Below are positions 45,532-58,821 of a stretch of 64,000 bases of DNA, in pieces; the stretch's first letter is position 1; every line of letters starts with the position of its first letter. The stretch lies in assembly GCA_964016885.1 (NCBI GenBank), contig OZ024742.1, positions 65,348,001 through 65,412,000 of the forward strand. Reading direction: 5' to 3'. This DNA comes from Eledone cirrhosa. Lineage: Eukaryota. The translations under genes were made by a program, and so were the position numbers. Under the pieces are notes generated by a model. It was not told the origin of the DNA. It searched no databases and saw nothing but the letters and a program-made list of their open reading frames with translations.

Positions 45532-46238
45532 TTGGGTTGGCCAAAAAGTCAGTTTGGTTTTCTTAGTGAAAATGAGACACTTTAAAACCCAAAGCAATTT
45601 ATTCAATAAATAATACATTTGCCATTTCGTTCCAGTACCTTCTGCCATCTTCTAGGTAGGTCTATTATTCTCTGTTCATAGAATTTCCTGTCTTTACTGG
45701 CGAACACCTCTTCCAAATGATTTTCACATCTTCTGAAGAATTGAAGGTCTGTCCATTCAAAGAACTTTGAAGAGACCGAAACAGGTGGAAATCTGAAGGA
45801 GCAAGGTCGGGGGAATATGGTGGGTGAGGCAACACTTCCCATTCAAGCCCTAGTAACTTCTGACGCGTGTGCAAGGAAGTGTGTGGTCTGGCATTGTCTT
45901 GATGAAAAACAATACCCTTTCGATTAGCAAGTTCTGGACGCTTCTGGTCGATCCTTATGTTAAATTTATCCAGCAGTACATATCCACATTGATGGTCCTA
46001 TTTGTGGGAAGAAGCTCACAAAAGACAACATCCTTCAAATACCACGAAATTGAAAGCATACTCTTCTTTGGGTGAAGTCCTACTTTGGAGGTTGTTTGGG
46101 GTGGTTCTTGATGTTTACCTCGTGATCGTTTTCGTTTCACATTGTTATATACGATCCATTTTTTTGTCTCCTGTTACCAATTTCTTCAAAAAGGGATCGT
46201 TTTCTTCGTGTGTAAGCAAGGAATCGCAGGTGGAAATC
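45532..46238 (-). mobile_element. Mariner transposon remnant (DD34D transposase pseudogene, 3' part plus TIR)
   Basis: Frameshifted peptides KWIVYNNVKRKRS, LHPKKSMLSISW, FHQDNARPHTS, EVLPHPPYSPDLAPSDFHLFRSLQ and LPRRWQKV. TIR TTGGGTTGGCCAAAAAGT at 45532. Truncated by a SINE at 46241. Confidence 0.93.
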
Positions 46239-46240
46239 CG

Positions 46241-46567
46241 TGGCACAAGGCCAGCAATTACCCGAGTGTATTACTGGTGCCTTATTTTATCGACCCCGTA
46301 AGGATTAAAGGCAAAGTTAATATCGGCGGGATTTGAACTCAGACCAATTATAATAATAATTGTTTCTACTTTAGGTACAAGGCAAGCAATTTGAAGGGGA
46401 AGGGAAAGTCGATTAAATCGACCCCAGTGCATCACTGGTGCTTTATTTTATCGGACCCGTAAGGATGAAAGTCAAAGATAACCATGGCGGGATTTGAACT
46501 TAGAACGCAAAGGGCCTTAACTCTATGTCGCGAAGCATATTGTCTAACGCTCTACCGATACTGCCAA
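46241..46567 (-). mobile_element. Two family A SINEs in tandem
   Basis: Partial copy at 46241-46345 and full copy at 46358-46567. Confidence 0.88.
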
Positions 46568-47420
46568 TAATTTATTTATAATGATATATTGCTTGGTGGG
46601 GGAACTCAAAGTTAATGACATGGAAATTGGTCAGCAAGTAGGAATTACAAAATGATGTGGTTCCTTGTGCCCGTGAAGCAATCATGTTATCACTGATTAA
46701 ATATGACTAGCCTCAAAGGCCAATGTATGTCCTAGTAATTAATAGTATCCAATCTAACTCTTTAGTTAATCTGAAGAAGTATTAAACTTCGTTTAATGAA
46801 AAAAATTACTTAAGGCAATGGATGCAGTCAATTTCAGAAAATTTCAAAAATATTCCAGATTAAACAAAAACAAAAACAGAATGAAGGAGGTTTAACACTC
46901 TTTACTAATTAAAGACACTTACAAATCATTCTCAAGAATTTTCAAGTATTATTAATGTAATTAATTTATTATTTATCAGATATTTGGAACTTAACATTAA
47001 TTCATACACAAAATTATAATGGACAGTTTTAGATAATTATAACACTTCAAAAATAAACAGTTTTTGTATCACAGAAACAGAAGGTAACTTTAGGCGGTTT
47101 GGTATGAAAACGGGTTATATGGTATTGCATTTTAACGAACTCTCAATACACTAGGTTTAACAGTTTGCTAAATATTTAAATGTTCACTTGAAAAGTTCTT
47201 TTGAAATAATAGGTCTCCTTTATATAAAGGTGTAACTGAGGACCTAGTTGATATATACTTATAAAGAAATGGAATGATGGAAATTAAAAATACACTCCCT
47301 TCATTCTCATCTAGATTTCTTTTATGACAGGTCACTCTTGAGTGCTACTGGTAGCATGTAACCCAGTACAACCTGTCGCATGGTCGGATCGTCGGCGACT
47401 AAACCGGCAACCCAATCAAG

Positions 47421-47456
<36 letters not shown>

Positions 47457-47878
47457 TTCATCATCACCATTTAATGTCCATTTTCCACGCTAAACCGGCA
47501 ACCCCACCAAGTTTACCACTGATTTAGTCGCCGACGACCCCATTAGATTAGATTAGATTCGATAGATTTCTTTCCAGAATCTCTTGGGCAAGGGGAATAT
47601 TTCATCAATACATTTTCAAGTAATTCAAAATAGATACGCAGTATTTAGGAAAGAAGGCATAATGGTTGGTTATTGTTAGATGCTATAGTGAGATAAACTA
47701 GACAAGATTATAAGTTAACCATACAGTCTTTTTATCTGTCAGTCTGTCGTTCAAACGCCACGCTCTCAAAAACATTCTAAAATAATTATTTAGAATTCGC
47801 GGAAGATGAATATAAAATAGGGAGGAAATGTTGCAAAATGCTCTCATTTATACGTAAAATCAGGGTTCTGTCAACGGT

Positions 47879-47999
<121 letters not shown>

Positions 48000-48193
48000 A
48001 GTTTGGTAAAGAAACTAAATATACGCAACAGAACGAGTTATGCACTAGAACATATAAAGGGTTAGTAAAGTACATAGATGTACCAAGGATAAATCAAAGA
48101 CATATTTTTTAATCGATGTTCAAAGTACATTCAGAAAGGTTAATAAGTTGTTTTTGTTACCTAATGTAATCGATATTTGATCGCAGTATAGCT

Positions 48194-48557
48194 TCTTCTT
48201 CTTTTCGTATCTTCGAAGCATGTGGTTATATGACAGTTTCCCCACTTCTTTAAACAGTCCTTTGCATTATTATTAAATTCTGCGAGATCTTTTAAGCTGC
48301 ACTGATTGGGTAGAGGAGGGCAAACAAGGCAGTGCTGCATTGTATGGTCCTCCTCTCCACATTTGCAGATGGTTGGGCCGGTCTTGTAGCCCCATCTGGC
48401 CATAGCAGCTTCTGATCGCCCCATTCCTGTTCTCAGGGGGTTGAGTGTCTTCCACTGGACCCATGGTGCTTCTGAGCCAAGAGGGAAGGTTACAGAAGGG
48501 GGGATTCCCATGTCAATAGGAAGGGAGTCATTCTCTAGCTTTCTAGTCCATAGCTGT
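48194..48557 (-). mobile_element. Ingi/Vingi-like LINE 3' remnant with 9-bp TSD
   Basis: WKTLNPLRTGMGRS...WGY..CKCGEEDHTMQHCLVCP C-terminal CCHC domain. (AAG)n tail. AGTATAGCT at 48185-48193 and 48558-48566. Confidence 0.78.
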
Positions 48558-48872
48558 AGTATAGCTGAATGGTTAAGAGGTTCCCTTCGCAAACAAAGTC
48601 GCAGGTTCGATCCCACTGCATGGCACTTCGAAGATATGCCTCAGATCAACTCACGTTTTGTCAGTGAAATTGGATAGACGGAAACTGGAGCCCGTCAGAG
48701 GGACTGTGTATGTAATTCAAAGGGCCAGCCTTGTCTTGCCTTATTTCACCTTGAGAATTACACGAAGAGTACACGTGCCAGTGAAGTTCTCAGCTATTTA
48801 CCTATTAATTTCGTGAATAGGCTGTTCCGATGTTTAGACACTTTGAACACTCATCGTCGAAACCGACGGAGG
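48558..48872 (+). mobile_element. tRNA-SINE head and family B SINE fragments
   Basis: TAGCTGAATGGTTAAG..GGTTCGATCCC head, followed by a family B body CCAGCCTTGTC..CGTCGAAACCGACGGAG. Confidence 0.7.
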
Positions 48873-49458
48873 TATATTATAATCGATATCAGCTTCAAAG
48901 TGAAATTTTGCAGATTTATTCAGTCGTCATCTTATAATTTATCCTCACATAAAATACACTTCAAACATTGCTATTCTGTCATTTAATATACCAGGAACTA
49001 TTTTATCCAATACGTGTCCTTTCTTTTTACGCCATTAGAGTGTGATTAACAGGAGATTTTGCTACTATATCTAGCAGGTCAAGTGACTACATAGAGGATC
49101 ATTTATTGGTTGGCTTCATTTGTTTGTTTTTTGTTTGTTTTTGGCAACGGTGAAACTTTTTGATATTGCCGAGTTGTGAAGGGAAGAGGAGGAACGATAG
49201 AGTGAGAGTGAGATGTTCATTTGTACTGCGAGGAACCTTGGGCTCGTATTTACCACTATAGCCTCGGATCGACTAATGACTCTTGTGAGAGAATTTGGTA
49301 GACGGAAACAGCAAGGAAATCTGTATAAATACGGATATAACTTTACCATACACTTCGGCACTTTTTAAATATATATATATAACGATGGTGTGCGGTACTG
49401 GGACTGGGAAGACCACAAATCAAAGAAGTACTTGATACATGGCAAGATGTAGAATGGG

Positions 49459-49557
49459 TATATTAGTGAAAATAGAGGATCTACTGCGAGCTCGACTAGT
49501 TACCTCTTCTTGGGAACTAGCCGAACGCGCAGTAGATCCTCTACTTTCACCAATATA
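49459..49557. repeat. ~99-nt imperfect hairpin
   Basis: 46-nt arms TATATTAGTGAAAATAGAGGATCTACTGCGAGCTCGACTAGTTACC / GGGAACTAGCCGAACGCGCAGTAGATCCTCTACTTTCACCAATATA with a 7-nt loop. Confidence 0.9.
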
Positions 49558-50200
49558 TGTATATTATGTGTAAGTGTGCGTATATGTGTCTCTTTTCTAT
49601 TTACGGTAATATTCGTTTACATTCCACGTGTGTAAAGATTTCACTGCTCAGTGAGTAGCCGTGCAAAGATCCATACCTTACTTAAAAAGCAAGCGGGAAT
49701 TAGCACCAGAAAAGGCATCCAGCCGCAGAATTCTGCAACAAAGCGTTGCACACCACTCGTGTCAGCAGGGAAAAATCAGATGTGCAATGAAACCACCACC
49801 GTCGCTGTCATTGCCATCATGTTGATTGTAAGCCTCTAAATATTGAAAATGCTTGCACTAGATGCCTGAGCGAGGTCCCCTTCTCTCACCTAGCTCTCCA
49901 CGTTTCTTACACTGCACCCGGTTCTTTGCCAAATCAAACGGAATTCTTACTTTGATACACGACTTCCTTCTCAGCTGCCGTTGGCAATCCAGTTCAACAA
50001 CTTTTCGCGCATGTGTGTGTGTGTGTGTGTGTGTTTATATATATATATATATATTTGCAATTATACAGAAACACACATACACGCACATGCAAACATACAT
50101 ATATAGATGTTAATGCTGGATTGTAGATTTATAGGTATAAAAATAAGATATTTACTGAAGCAGTGACTCCCATACATAGATGCATTAGCCGTATCAATCA

Positions 50201-50261
<61 letters not shown>

Positions 50262-50349
50262 TTACTTTATTTTTTCCTACAGTTCTTTTGTTGTTAGAAG
50301 TAAAAATCTTCTCTTCGATGCTCTTAGTAGTAATCCTTTATTTGATATC

Positions 50350-50560
50350 AATTTCAAATTTTGGCACAAGGTCAGCAATTTTTAGTGGAAGGGATATATC
50401 GTTTACAATGACCCCAGTGTTTGACTGGTATTTTATTTAATCGACTTCCCCACAAAAAAAAAAAAAAATGAAAAGCCGAGTTGCCCTCAACAGGATTTGA
50501 ACTCGGAACAAATACTATAAACCATATGTCAAATGCACTACTGCTTCTGCCAATTCATCG
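50350..50560 (-). mobile_element. Old family A SINE
   Basis: TTTTGGCACAAGGTCAGCAATT..GACCCCAGTG..CTGGTA..GGATTTGAACTC. Another decayed copy lies at about 50830-51050. Confidence 0.7.
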
Positions 50561-50659
50561 TCCTCATTCTATATGAAATAATAATTGTTTCCAACTTAAT
50601 CTCAAAACCGCAAATCGATAGAGAAAGTGTATAATCAATGACACCAACTCAAGTACATG

Positions 50660-50807
<148 letters not shown>

Positions 50808-51065
50808 ATTTTATCGATCGTTAAGATAGACACAAGGTCGTAGATTATTAGGAAAAGAGTACAATTGATTATATCGATCTCTGCACTGGATCAGTACTCC
50901 GTTTTTAACGACCTTCGAAAAATGAAAAAAAAAACAACAAAAAAAAAAACAACAACCAAAGCTGATCTTGTCGAGATTTGAACTGAGATAGTAAGGAATT
51001 GTAAGCAAGTACTACTGCAAGGCATATGTTTCGGTGCACTACCGAGTCAACGGAATACTGTCCTC

Positions 51066-51702
51066 TATAACATCAACAATAACAAAGACAATATCAAAAC
51101 AGAACAGCAATAATAAAGACAAAACAACAATAAAACCATCAACAAAAACATCAATAACAAAACAAGAATAACAAAAGAAAAGAATGACAATACAACTAGA
51201 AATAACAATAACAATATCAATAACACACCAGCAATATCAAACAATAAAAATGACGATAACAAAACAAAGCAACAACAACAACAACAACAATAGTATCAAC
51301 AACAATAATAGTAACAACAATAACAACAACAACAACAACAACAATACTATCAACAACAATAATAGCAACAACAACAATAACAACAATAACAACAACAACA
51401 ACAATAGTAACAACAACAATAATAGTATCAACAACAATAACAACAATAACAACAACAACAACAACAATAGTATCAACAACAATAATAGTATCAACAACAA
51501 CAATATTACCCCACCACACCACCAGCACCACCACACCACCAGCACCACCACACCACCACCACACCACCACACTAACACCACCACCACCACAACAACACCA
51601 CCACCACTACCACACTACCAGCACCACCACCACCACCACAACCACCCTACCACCACCACCACCACCACCACCACACTACCACCACAACACCACCACCACC
51701 AT
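51066..51702 (+). repeat. (AAC/AAT)n then (ACC/CAC)n degenerate trinucleotide tract
   Basis: Direct inspection. Confidence 0.92.
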
Positions 51703-51793
51703 CCCATAGATGTCTTTCATAAAAATGTCACGTGGCACTTTGAGATATTGATCAACATATATATTCCTGCTCTCGTAGTTTAGGTTAGTTTTG

Positions 51794-53264
51794 ATGTGGT
51801 GGTGGTGGTGGTGGTGTAGTGTAGTGTAGTGGTGGTGGTGTGATGTAGTGGTGGTGTGGTGGTGGTGTGGTGGTGTTGGTGGTGGTGATGTGATGTAGTG
51901 GTGGTGTGTGGTGGTGGTGTGATGTAGTGGTGGTGTGATGTAGTGGTGGTGTGGTGGTGGTGGTGGTGTGATGGTGTTGGTGGTGGTGGTGTGATGTAGT
52001 GGTGGTGTGTGGTGGTGGTGTGATGTAGTGGTGGTGTGGTGGTGGTGGTGGGGGTGTGGTGGTGGTGGTGGTGGTGGTGTGATGTAGTGGTGGTGTGGTG
52101 TGATGTGGTGGTGGTGTGATGTAGTGGTGGTGTGGTGGTGGTGGTGGGGTGGTGGTGTGGTGTAATGGTGGTGGTGATGGTGGTGGTGGTGTGGTGGTGG
52201 TGGTGTGGTGTAGTGTAGTGTAGTGGTGGTGGTGGTGTGATGTAGTGGTGGGATGTAGTGGTGGTGGTGTGGTGTAGTGGTAGTGGTGTCGTGGTGTGGT
52301 GGTGGTGGTGTGGTGTAGTGGCGGTGTGGTGGTGTGGTGTAGTGGTGGTGTGGTGTGGTGGTGTGGTGTTGTGTTGTAGTGTTGTTGTTGGTGGTGTGGT
52401 GTAGTGGTGGTGGTGTTGGTGGTGTGGTGTTGTTGTTAGTGGTGTGGTGTAGTGGTGGTGTGGTGGTGGTGCGGTGTTGTTGTTGGTGGTGTGGTGTAGT
52501 GGTGGTGTGGTGTTGTTGTTGGTGGTGTGGTGTAGTGGTGGTGTGGTGGTGGTGGTGTGGTGTTGTAGTGGTGGTGTGGTGTTGTTGTTGTTGGTGTGGT
52601 GGTGGTGGTGTTGTGTTGTAGTGGTGGTGGTGTGGTGTTGTTGTTGTTGGTGTGGTGGTGGTGGTGTGGTGTTGTAGTGGTGGTGGTGTGGTGTTGTTGT
52701 TGTTGGTGGTGTGGTGTAGTGGTGGTGTTGGTGGTGTGGTGTATTGGTGGTGTGGTGGGGTTGTTATTGTTGGTGTAGTTGTGTAGTGGTGGTGTGGTGT
52801 TGTTGTTGGTGGTGTGGTGTGATGGTGGTGTGGTGTAGTGGTGGTGGTGTTGGTGGTGGTGGTGTGGTTTTGTTGTTGGTGATGGTGTGGTGTTGTTGTT
52901 GGTGGTGCTGTGCTGTGGTGTAGTGGTGTTGTTATTGGTGGTGGTGGTGTGGTTTTGTTGTTAATGGTGGTGTGGTGTAGTGGTGTTGTTTTTGATGTAG
53001 TTGGTGGTGGTGTGGTGTTGTTATAGGTGGTGTTGTTGGTGGTGGTGTGGTGTTGTTGTTGGTGTGGTGTTGTTTTTATTGGTGGTGGTGGTGTGGTGTT
53101 GTTAGTGGTGGTGGTGGTGTTGTTGGTGATGGTGGTGGTGTTAGTGGTGGTGGTGGTGTTGTTAGTGGTGGTAGTGGTGTTGTTGTTGTTGGTGATGGTT
53201 GTGGTGTTGTTGTTGGTGATGGTTGTGTTGCTGTTGTTGTTGGTGATGTGTGTTGGTGGTGGTG
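51794..53264 (+). repeat. Degenerate (GGT/TGT/GTT)n tract
   Basis: Direct inspection. Confidence 0.92.
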
Positions 53265-56200
53265 TGGTAGTTACTAGTGGCGGTGTTGTAGTTACTAGTG
53301 GTGGTGTTGTAGTTACTAGTGGCGGTGTGGTAGTTACTAGTGGCGGTGTTGTTACTAGTGGCGGTGTTGTAGTTACTAGTGGCGGTGTTGTAGTTACTAG
53401 TGGTGGTGTTGTAGTTACTAGTGGCGGTGTTGTAGTTACTAGTGGCGGTGTTGTAGTTACTAGTGGTGGTGTTGTAGTTACTAGTGGTGGTGTTGTAGTT
53501 ACTAGTGGCGGTGTTGTAGTTACTAGTGGTGGTGTTGTAGTTACTAGTGGTGGTGTGGTAGTTACTAGTGGCGGTGTTGTAGTTACTAGTGGTGGTGTTG
53601 TAGTTACTAGTGACGGTGTTGTAGTTACTAGTGGTGGTGTTGTAGTTACTAGTGGTGGTGTTGTAGTTACTAGTGGCGGTGTTGTAGTTACTAGTGGCGG
53701 TGTTGTAGTTACTAGTGGCGGTGTTGTAGTTACTAGTGGTGGTGTTGTAGTTACTAGTGGTGGTGTTGTAGTTACTAGTGGTGGTGTTGTAGTTACTAGT
53801 GGTGGTGTGGTAGTTACTAGTGGTGGTGTTGTAGTTACTAGTGGCGGTGTTGTAGTTACTAGTGGCGGTGTTGTAGTTACTAGTGGTGGTGTTGTAGTTA
53901 CTAGTGGTGGTGTTGTAGTTACTAGTGGCGGTGTTGTAGTTACTAGTGGCGGTGTTGTAGTTACTAGTGGTGGTGTTGTAGTTACTAGTGGTGGTGTGGT
54001 AGTTACTAGTGGTGGTGTTGTAGTTACTAGTGGCGGTGTTGTTACTAGTGGCGGTGTTGTAGTTACTAGTGGCGGTGTTGTAGTTACTAGTGGTGGTGTT
54101 GTAGTTACTAGTGGCGGTGTTGTAGTTACTAGTGGTGGTGTTGTAGTTACTAGTGGTGGTGTTGTAGTTACTAGTGGCGGTGTTGTAGTTACTAGTGGCG
54201 GTGTTGTTACTAGTGGTGGTGTTGTAGTTACTAGTGGCGGTGTTGTTACTAGTGGCGGTGTTGTAGTTACTAGTGGTGGTGTGGTAGTTACTAGTGGCGG
54301 TGTGGTAGTTACTAGTGGTGGTGTTGTAGTTACTAGTGGTGGTGTTGTAGTTACTAGTGACGGTGTTGTAGTTACTAGTGGCGGTGTTGTAGTTACTAGT
54401 GGTGGTGTTGTAGTTACTAGTGGTGGTGTTGTAGTTACTAGTGGCGGTGTGGTAGTTACTAGTGGCGGTGTTGTAGTTACTAGTGGCGGTGTTGTAGTTA
54501 CTAGTGGCGGTGTTGTTACTAGTGGTGGTGTTGTAGTTACTAGTGGCGGTGTTGTAGTTACTAGTGGTGGTGTTGTAGTTACTAGTGGCGGTGTTGTAGT
54601 TACTAGTGGCGGTGTTGTAGTTACTAGTGGCGGTGTTGTAGTTACTAGTGGTGGTGTTGTAGTTACTAGTGGCGGTGTTGTAGTTACTAGTGGTGGTGTT
54701 GTAGTTACTAGTGGCGGTGTGGTAGTTACTAGTGGTGGTGTTGTAGTTACTAGTGGCGGTGTTGTAGTTACTAGTGGCGGTGTTGTTACTAGTGGTGGTG
54801 TTGTAGTTACTAGTGGCGGTGTTGTTACTAGTGGTGGTGTTGTAGTTACTAGTGGCGGTGTTGTAGTTACTAGTGGTGGTGTTGTAGTTACTAGTGGTGG
54901 TGTTGTAGTTACTAGTGGCGGTGTTGTAGTTACTAGTGGCGGTGTGGTAGTTACTAGTGGCGGTGTTGTAGTTACTAGTGGCGGTGTTGTAGTTACTAGT
55001 GGTGGTGTTGTAGTTACTAGTGGTGGTGTTGTAGTTACTAGTGGCGGTGTTGTTACTAGTGGCGGTGTTGTAGTTACTAGTGGCGGTGTTGTAGTTACTA
55101 GTGGTGGTGTTGTAGTTACTAGTGGCGGTGTGGTAGTTACTAGTGGCGGTGTTGTAGTTACTAGTGGCGGTGTTGTAGTTAGTAGTGGTGGTGTTGTAGT
55201 TACTAGTGGCGGTGTGGTAGTTACTAGTGGTGGTGTTGTAGTTACTAGTGGCGGTGTGGTAGTTACTAGTGGTGGTGTTGTAGTTACTAGTGGCGGTGTG
55301 GTAGTTACTAGTGGTGGTGTTGTAGTTACTAGTGGTGGTGTTGTAGTTACTAGTGGTGGTGTTGTAGTTACTAGTGGTGGTGTTGTAGTTACTAGTGGCG
55401 GTGTGGTAGTTACTAGTGGTGGTGTTGTAGTTACTAGTGGCGGTGTGGTAGTTACTAGTGGTGGTGTTGTAGTTACTAGTGGTGGTGTTGTAGTTACTAG
55501 TGGTGGTGTGGTAGTTACTAGTGGTGGTGTTGTAGTTACTAGTGGTGGTGTTGTAGTTACTAGTGGTGGTGTTGTAGTTACTAGTGGTGGTGTTGTAGTT
55601 ACTAGTGGCGGTGTTGTAGTTAGTAGTGGCGGTGTTGTAGTTACTAGTGGCGGTGTTGTAGTTACTAGTGGCGGTGTTGTAGTTACTAGTGGCGGTGTTG
55701 TTACTAGTGGCGGTGTTGTAGTTACTAGTGGCGGTGTTGTAGTTACTAGTGGTGGTGTTGTAGTTACTAGTGGCGGTGTGGTAGTTACTAGTGGCGGTGT
55801 TGTAGTTACTAGTGGCGGTGTTGTAGTTATTAGTGGCGGTGTGGTAGTTACTAGTGGCGGTGTTGTAGTTACTAGTGGCGGTGTTGTTACTAGTGGCCGT
55901 GTTGTAGTTACTAGTGACGGTGTTGTAGTTACTAGTGGTGGTGTTGTAGTTACTAGTGGCGGTGTTGTAGTTACTAGTGGCGGTGTTGTTACTAGTGGCG
56001 GTGTTGTAGTTACTAGTGGTCGTGTGGTAGTTACTAGTGGCGGTGTTGTAGTTACTAGTGGCGGTGTTGTAGTTACTAGTGGCGGTGTTGTTACTAGTGG
56101 CGGTGTTGTAGTTACTAGTGGTGGTGTTGTAGTTACTAGTGGCGGTGTTGTAGTTACTAGTGGCGGTGTTGTAGTTACTAGTGGCGGTGTTGTAGTTACT

Positions 56201-58478
56201 AGTGGTGGTGTTGTAGTTACTAGTGGCGGTGTTGTAGTTACTAGTGGTGGTGTTGTAGTTACTAGTGGCGGTGTTGTAGTTACTAGTGGTGGTGTTGTAG
56301 TTACTAGTGGCGGTGTTGTAGTTACTAGTGGTGGTGTTGTAGTTACTAGTGGCGGTGTTGTAGTTACTAGTGGTGGTGTGGTAGTTACTAGTGGCGGTGT
56401 TGTAGTTACTAGTGGTGGTGTTGTAGTTACTAGTGGCGGTGTTGTAGTTACTAGTGGTGGTGTTGTTACTAGTGGTGGTGTTGTAGTTACTAGTGGCGGT
56501 GTTGTTACTAGTGGTCGTGTTGTAGTTACTAGTGGTGGTGTGGTAGTTACTAGTGGCGGTGTTGTAGTTACTAGTGGTGGTGTTGTAGTTACTAGTGGCG
56601 GTGTTGTTACTAGTGGCGGTGTTGTAGTTACTAGTGGTGGTGTTGTAGTTACTAGTGGCGGTGTTGTAGTTACTAGTGGCGGTGTTGTAGTTACTAGTGG
56701 CGGTGTTGTAGTTACTAGTGGTGGTGTGGTAGTTACTAGTGGTGGTGTTGTAGTTACTAGTGGTGGTGTTGTAGTTACTAGTGGCGGTGTGGTAGTTACT
56801 AGTGGCGGTGTTGTTACTAGTGGCGGTGTTGTAGTTACTAGTGGTGGTGTTGTAGTTACTAGTGGCGGTGTTGTAGTTACTAGTGGCGGTGTTGTTACTA
56901 GTGGCGGTGTTGTAGTTACTAGTGGTGGTGTTGTAGTTACTAGTGGCGGTGTTGTAGTTACTAGTGGCGGTGTTGTTACTAGTGGCGGTGTTGTAGTTAC
57001 TAGTGGTGGTGTTGTAGTTACTAGTGGTGGTGTTGTAGTTACTAGTGGCGGTGTTGTAGTTACTAGTGGCGGTGTTGTTACTAGTGGCGGTGTTGTAGTT
57101 ACTAGTGGTCGTGTGGTAGTTACTAGTGACGGTGTTGTAGTTACTAGTGGTGGTGTTGTAGTTACTAGTGGCGGTGTTGTTACTAGTGGCGGTGTTGTAG
57201 TTACTAGTGGCGGTGTTGTAGTTACTAGTGGCGGTGTTGTAGTTACTAGTGGCGGTGTTGTAGTTACTAGTGGCGGTGTTGTAGTTACTAGTGGTGGTGT
57301 GGTAGTTACTAGTGGCGGTGTTGTAGTTACTAGTGGTGGTGTTGTAGTTACTAGTGGCGGTGTTGTTACTAGTGGCGGTGTTGTAGTTACTAGTGGTGGT
57401 GTTGTAGTTACTAGTGGTGGTGTTGTAGTTACTAGTGGTGGTGTGGTAGTTACTAGTGGCGGTGTTGTAGTTACTAGTGGTGGTGTTGTAGTTACTAGTG
57501 GCGGTGTTGTTACTAGTGGCGGTGTTGTAGTTACTAGTGGTGGTGTTGTAGTTACTAGTGGTGGTGTTGTAGTTACTAGTGGCGGTGTTGTAGTTACTAG
57601 TGGTGGTGTTGTAGTTACTAGTGGCGGTGTTGTAGTTACTAGTGGCGGTGTTGTAGTTACTAGTGGCGGTGTTGTAGTTACTAGTGGCGGTGTTGTTACT
57701 AGTGGCGGTGTTGTAGTTACTAGTGGCGGTGTTGTAGTTACTAGTGGTGGTGTTGTAGTTACTAGTGGCGGTGTTGTAGTTACTAGTGGCGGTGTTGTAG
57801 TTACTAGTGGCGGTGTTGTAGTTACTAGTGGCGGTGTTGTTACTAGTGGCGGTGTTGTAGTTACTAGTGGCGGTGTTGTAGTTACTAGTGGTGGTGTTGT
57901 AGTTACTAGTGGCGGTGTTGTAGTTACTAGTGGCGGTGTTGTTACTAGTGGTGGTGTTGTAGTTACTAGTGGCGGTGTTGTAGTTACTAGTGGTGGTGTT
58001 GTAGTTACTAGTGGTCGTGTGGTAGTTACTAGTGGCGGTGTTGTAGTTACTAGTGGCGGTGTTGTAGTTACTAGTGGTGGTGTTGTAGTTACTAGTGGTT
58101 GTGTGGTAGTTACTAGTGGCGGTGTTGTAGTTACTAGTGGCGGTGTTGTAGTTACTAGTGGCGGTGTTGTTACTAGTGGCGGTGTTGTAGTTACTAGTGG
58201 CGGTGTTGTAGTTACTAGTGGCGGTGTTGTAGTTACTAGTGGCGGTGTTGTTACTAGTGGTGGTGTTGTAGTTACTAGTGGTCGTGTGGTAGTTACTAGT
58301 GGCGGTGTTGTAGTTACTAGTGGCGGTGTTGTAGTTACTAGTGGCGGTGGTGTTGTTACTAGTGGCGGTGTTGTAGTTACTAGTGGTCGTGTGGTAGTTA
58401 CTAGTGGCGGTGTTGTAGTTACTAGTGGCGGTGTTGTAGTTACTAGTGGCGGTGTTGTAGTTACTAGTGGCGGTGTTG
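53265..58478 (+). repeat. ~5.2-kb minisatellite, 21-bp unit GTAGTTACTAGTGGYGGTGTT with 18-bp variants
   Basis: Highly homogeneous tandem units, each with ACTAGT. It produces the 1822-aa (VVVTSGG)n ORF. Confidence 0.97.
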
Positions 58479-58788
58479 TGTTCTTCTGCTGGTAGCTGGT
58501 GTTTTGTTTAATGTGGAGGTGATACTGGTGTATTGTTGTGTTGCTGGTGGTGTAGTGTGTTGTACGACGATTGATATTATTGGTGGTGGTGGCGGTAGCG
58601 GTGTGGTGTTGCTACTGGTGATTGTGTAGGGGATGCTGGTGTAATGTTGTGTTGCTGGTGGTGTAGTGTGTTGTACGACGATTGATGTTATTGGTGGCGG
58701 GGGCGGTGAGCCATATCATAGACAGTGAGTAACCAGTATTGATTAGGTGATGAGATAAGAATATGGCTTCTGTCAGAGAGCGATGCTA

Positions 58789-58821
<33 letters not shown>

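Noticed and set aside
46765-46812. CTGAAGA..ATTAAAC/GTTTAAT GAAA as a hammerhead
   Set aside because: Three extra bases before stem II and no credible stem III or cleavage triplet.
53265-58478. CRISPR-like array
   Set aside because: Units are contiguous with no unique spacers, there are no cas genes, and the context is eukaryotic.
53027-58495. 1822-aa ORF (VVVTSGG)n as a protein-coding gene
   Set aside because: It consists entirely of a 21-bp tandem repeat and adjacent trinucleotide tract, with a GTG start and no unique domain or splice context.
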